The translations under genes were made by a program, and so were the position numbers. The notes under the pieces are model-generated. The model saw only the letters and a list, made by a program, of their open reading frames with translations, was not told the origin of the DNA and made no database searches. Below, one piece after another: positions 61,677-64,000 of a stretch of 64,000 nucleotides of DNA (positions within the stretch are counted from its first letter, which is position 1; each line of letters opens with the position of its first letter). Origin of the DNA: Candidatus Spongiihabitans sp. Its GTDB lineage: Bacteria; Pseudomonadota; Gammaproteobacteria; Arenicellales; Poriferihabitantaceae. The stretch is taken from NCBI GenBank assembly GCA_965206355.1, contig OZ242212.1, positions 2,096,271 through 2,160,270 of the forward strand. The letters run 5' to 3'.

Positions 61677-62597
61677 ATGTCAACAAGCAAGACCGCGCCG
61701 GTTGAAAACAAAACGATTCAGGAGATTGATGGTGTCAATCATATTTTTTTTGATGGTTACTGGATTCGTTATTATGAGCCCCCTAAAGAATCTCTCTCTG
61801 AAAAAAAGAAACTGCTGGACGCGCTAACCCGCAGAACTTTCCATCATACCGAATCCGGCATTAACACACCCGGGGAAAAGTTAGATGAAGTGCGGGCTGC
61901 CTATGAAAACGAAAACGACCCGGCACGCAAGCGCGTCAATGCGGCCATGCTCGCTGGCGCACTGTTTAATCGTGCCACCGATATATTCACTGCCATTGTT
62001 GACTTAGAAACAAGGGGTGTCAAAATGACTAATGATGATGAGGTGATGTGTCAATGCTCAAACTGTTTTGCTGAGGCCCTATCATTGTCTAACAATGTCA
62101 AACATCATAGTGGGGAAGAAGGCGTGGACGAGCTTTGGGGGGAACCGGGCAAGGTGTTCACCATGTCCATCGCCGATTACTATTGCAGTCGCTATCGAAA
62201 AATCGCTCAGGCGATGCGTGAAATTGATCATATTGGAGAGACCATTCAATCAACACTGTGTTACCTGCCATGGTTTGCGAAGGCACAACCATTGATAGAA
62301 GACTTTATCAGCATTGCCAAATATGAATGTGAAATCCTCCGTAGCGATCCAAACTACCTCAATGTATGGCCAGAATTTGTCGCTGATGGTGAGAAAATTC
62401 TCACCTTCCTTGCCACCATTCCAGAAACCGCAAACAGCGATCTGGAAAGACACATCAAACGCGGCACCATCTTGTTGCGCTCAGGAAAAGAGTTAATCGC
62501 CTGGATTGCCAATGTCCGCGTGCCCATGCCCGCGAGTAAAAAACGCTACTTGAAAAAATGCGCCGACTACCAAGACGCAACTAAGCAAATCATATAA
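61677..62597 (+). CDS. hypothetical protein (306 aa, soluble, Cys-containing)
   Basis: Long ORF with ordinary amino-acid composition; no family recognised. Confidence 0.55.
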   Translation: MSTSKTAPVENKTIQEIDGVNHIFFDGYWIRYYEPPKESLSEKKKLLDALTRRTFHHTESGINTPGEKLDEVRAAYENENDPARKRVNAAMLAGALFNRATDIFTAIVDLETRGVKMTNDDEVMCQCSNCFAEALSLSNNVKHHSGEEGVDELWGEPGKVFTMSIADYYCSRYRKIAQAMREIDHIGETIQSTLCYLPWFAKAQPLIEDFISIAKYECEILRSDPNYLNVWPEFVADGEKILTFLATIPETANSDLERHIKRGTILLRSGKELIAWIANVRVPMPASKKRYLKKCADYQDATKQII

Positions 62598-62745
62598 CTC
62601 CGCTATCACCCAAACACCGTTGCAGAACATTCCCGCATAGCTCAACGGATATCCTCGTGATTTATACGTTACACCCGCCACGCTACACCAAACTTCCTGT
62701 CAAAGTGGTTGTGTCATTGAGAAAAGACACTTTATCAATAGTATA

Positions 62746-62907
62746 GAGACCTTTGCACGGAAGATGATTTCGCTTTTAGGCCGGGCAAAAACGCACGGAA
62801 TGAGGGAGTTTATGCTTGTAAATGACCGAGTGAGACCATTTTTACCAACAGTAGGCGCTTTTAGGCGACGTAGCATGCAGGTGAAATGGCTTTCGTGCAA
62901 AGGTCTC
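62746..62907 (+). mobile_element. MITE copy 12 (162-bp long variant)
   Basis: Canonical termini; flanked by AGTATA/AGTATA; 41 nt upstream of ORF start 62949. Confidence 0.95.
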
Positions 62908-62948
62908 AGTATAATTTGATAACATACACCGTACACTAACCAAGTTAT

Positions 62949-63989
62949 TTGATAATGCGTTGGAAAAAGACGATTACTATGATTGAAGCTCACGCCGAAG
63001 GGGAAGTCGGTCGTATTGTTACTGGCGGTGTCGTTGATCTGCCCGGCTCAAGCATGCTCGATAAGATGAACTACATCAATCGAGAAGACGATAGTTTGCG
63101 TCATTTTCTGGTATTTGAACCGCGCGGCTATGCACCGATGTCAACCAATCTCATCTTTGCGCCTACTCATGCTGATGCTGATGTCGGCTTTCTGGTTCTG
63201 CAAAGCGATAAGGCTCATGCTATGTCGGGCTCGAACTGCATCTGCCTGATTACCGTGTTGTTAGAGACGGGTATGCTGGAGATGACAGAACCGGAAACAA
63301 GGGTAATCGTGGATACGCCTGCCGGACTGGTGCATGCCCGCGCCACCTGCAAAAATGGCAAATGCGAGCGTGTTACTCTGGATATGACGCCGGCTTACGC
63401 CGATCAACTGAATGTGATAGTTGACGTTGAGGGGCTTGGCAAAGTTACCCTTGACATTGCGTTTGGCGGGGTTTTCTATGCCTTGATTGACGTGGCGCAG
63501 TTTGCGCTACAAATCTCACCAGACAATGCGGGTAAACTGGTGAATTTAGGCATATGCATACATCGCGCGGTCAACAATCAACTTGACATCCGCCATCCGC
63601 AACTACACGGTGTGGAGGGCATTTCCTACACGATGTTCAACGGATACACCGATGCTGGCGAGATGAAAGGAGCAACCATCCTGCCGCCCGGACGCATTGA
63701 TCGCTCACCCTGTGGCACGGGTAATGCTGCGCGCCTTGCCGTCATGGCAGCACGAGATCAGGTCAAGGTCGGGCAGTCGCTGATAGCCCGATCAATTATT
63801 GACAGTCAATTTGAGGTGACGGTTGTCGCAGAGCAGCGCGTTGCTGGACGACCCGGCATACTGGCCAGCATTTCAGGCAGAGGTTGGATTCATGGCATAC
63901 ATCAGATTGGTGTTGATCCGACAGACCCCTACCCGCGTGGTTACACGCTTGCCGATTGCTGGGGCGATGCCGTGGATCTGCTGGGTTAA
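62949..63989 (+). CDS. proline racemase / hydroxyproline epimerase superfamily protein
   Basis: AHAEGEVGRIVTGG N-terminus and DRSPCGTGNAARLA second active-site motif; start may be MIEAH (62979). Confidence 0.82.
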   Translation: MIMRWKKTITMIEAHAEGEVGRIVTGGVVDLPGSSMLDKMNYINREDDSLRHFLVFEPRGYAPMSTNLIFAPTHADADVGFLVLQSDKAHAMSGSNCICLITVLLETGMLEMTEPETRVIVDTPAGLVHARATCKNGKCERVTLDMTPAYADQLNVIVDVEGLGKVTLDIAFGGVFYALIDVAQFALQISPDNAGKLVNLGICIHRAVNNQLDIRHPQLHGVEGISYTMFNGYTDAGEMKGATILPPGRIDRSPCGTGNAARLAVMAARDQVKVGQSLIARSIIDSQFEVTVVAEQRVAGRPGILASISGRGWIHGIHQIGVDPTDPYPRGYTLADCWGDAVDLLG

Positions 63990-64000
63990 GGCGCAAATGG

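Noticed and set aside
6513-62907. Possibility that the repeated ~140-bp units form a CRISPR array or another regular repeat array
   Set aside because: The repeats are 139-163 bp with terminal inverted repeats and target-site duplications. They occur in both orientations and are spaced irregularly, from 0.16 to more than 13 kb. No cas genes were seen.

Overview
This is a 64-kb chromosomal segment with gammaproteobacterial-style housekeeping synteny: murJ-rpsT, proB-obg-rpmA-rplU/ispB, argF, parC, rseP-bamA-skp-lpxD-fabZ-lpxA-lpxB-rnhB-dnaE, ilvD and moaBDE. It carries one tRNA-Pro(CGG); I saw no rRNA and no CRISPR array. The backbone is heavily colonised by small mobile DNA. There are 12 copies of a 139/162-bp MITE with GAGACCTTTGCACG termini and mostly 5-bp target-site duplications. 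There are also two near-identical IS1595-family elements, a 58-bp mini-derivative of that IS, and decayed IS110-like and IS5-like remnants. The two inverted IS1595 copies have inverted the ~6 kb between them: an 8-bp target duplication is now split and inverted, and a DNA methyltransferase gene is split across the two junctions. The most interesting coding content is a visibly GC-richer block at about 11.6-19.7 kb. It holds a translationally coupled four-gene operon: a MotA/ExbB-type channel protein, a single-pass protein, a 582-aa protein with an ExbD/TolR-like Asp-containing anchor, and a protein with two FGE-sulfatase domains. Next to it is a subtilisin-type lipoprotein autotransporter whose 5-prime end carries a G8 tract that decides which start codon is in frame. 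Other oddities are tandem 45-bp copies of the argF 3-prime end, an 80-bp duplication of the rnhB/dnaE junction that creates a coupled uORF, a frameshifted pabB-pabC fusion, a DsbD with two alpha domains, and a SulP permease with a lysine-rich tail. All calls rest on reading the sequence and ORF translations by eye; no database search was run.
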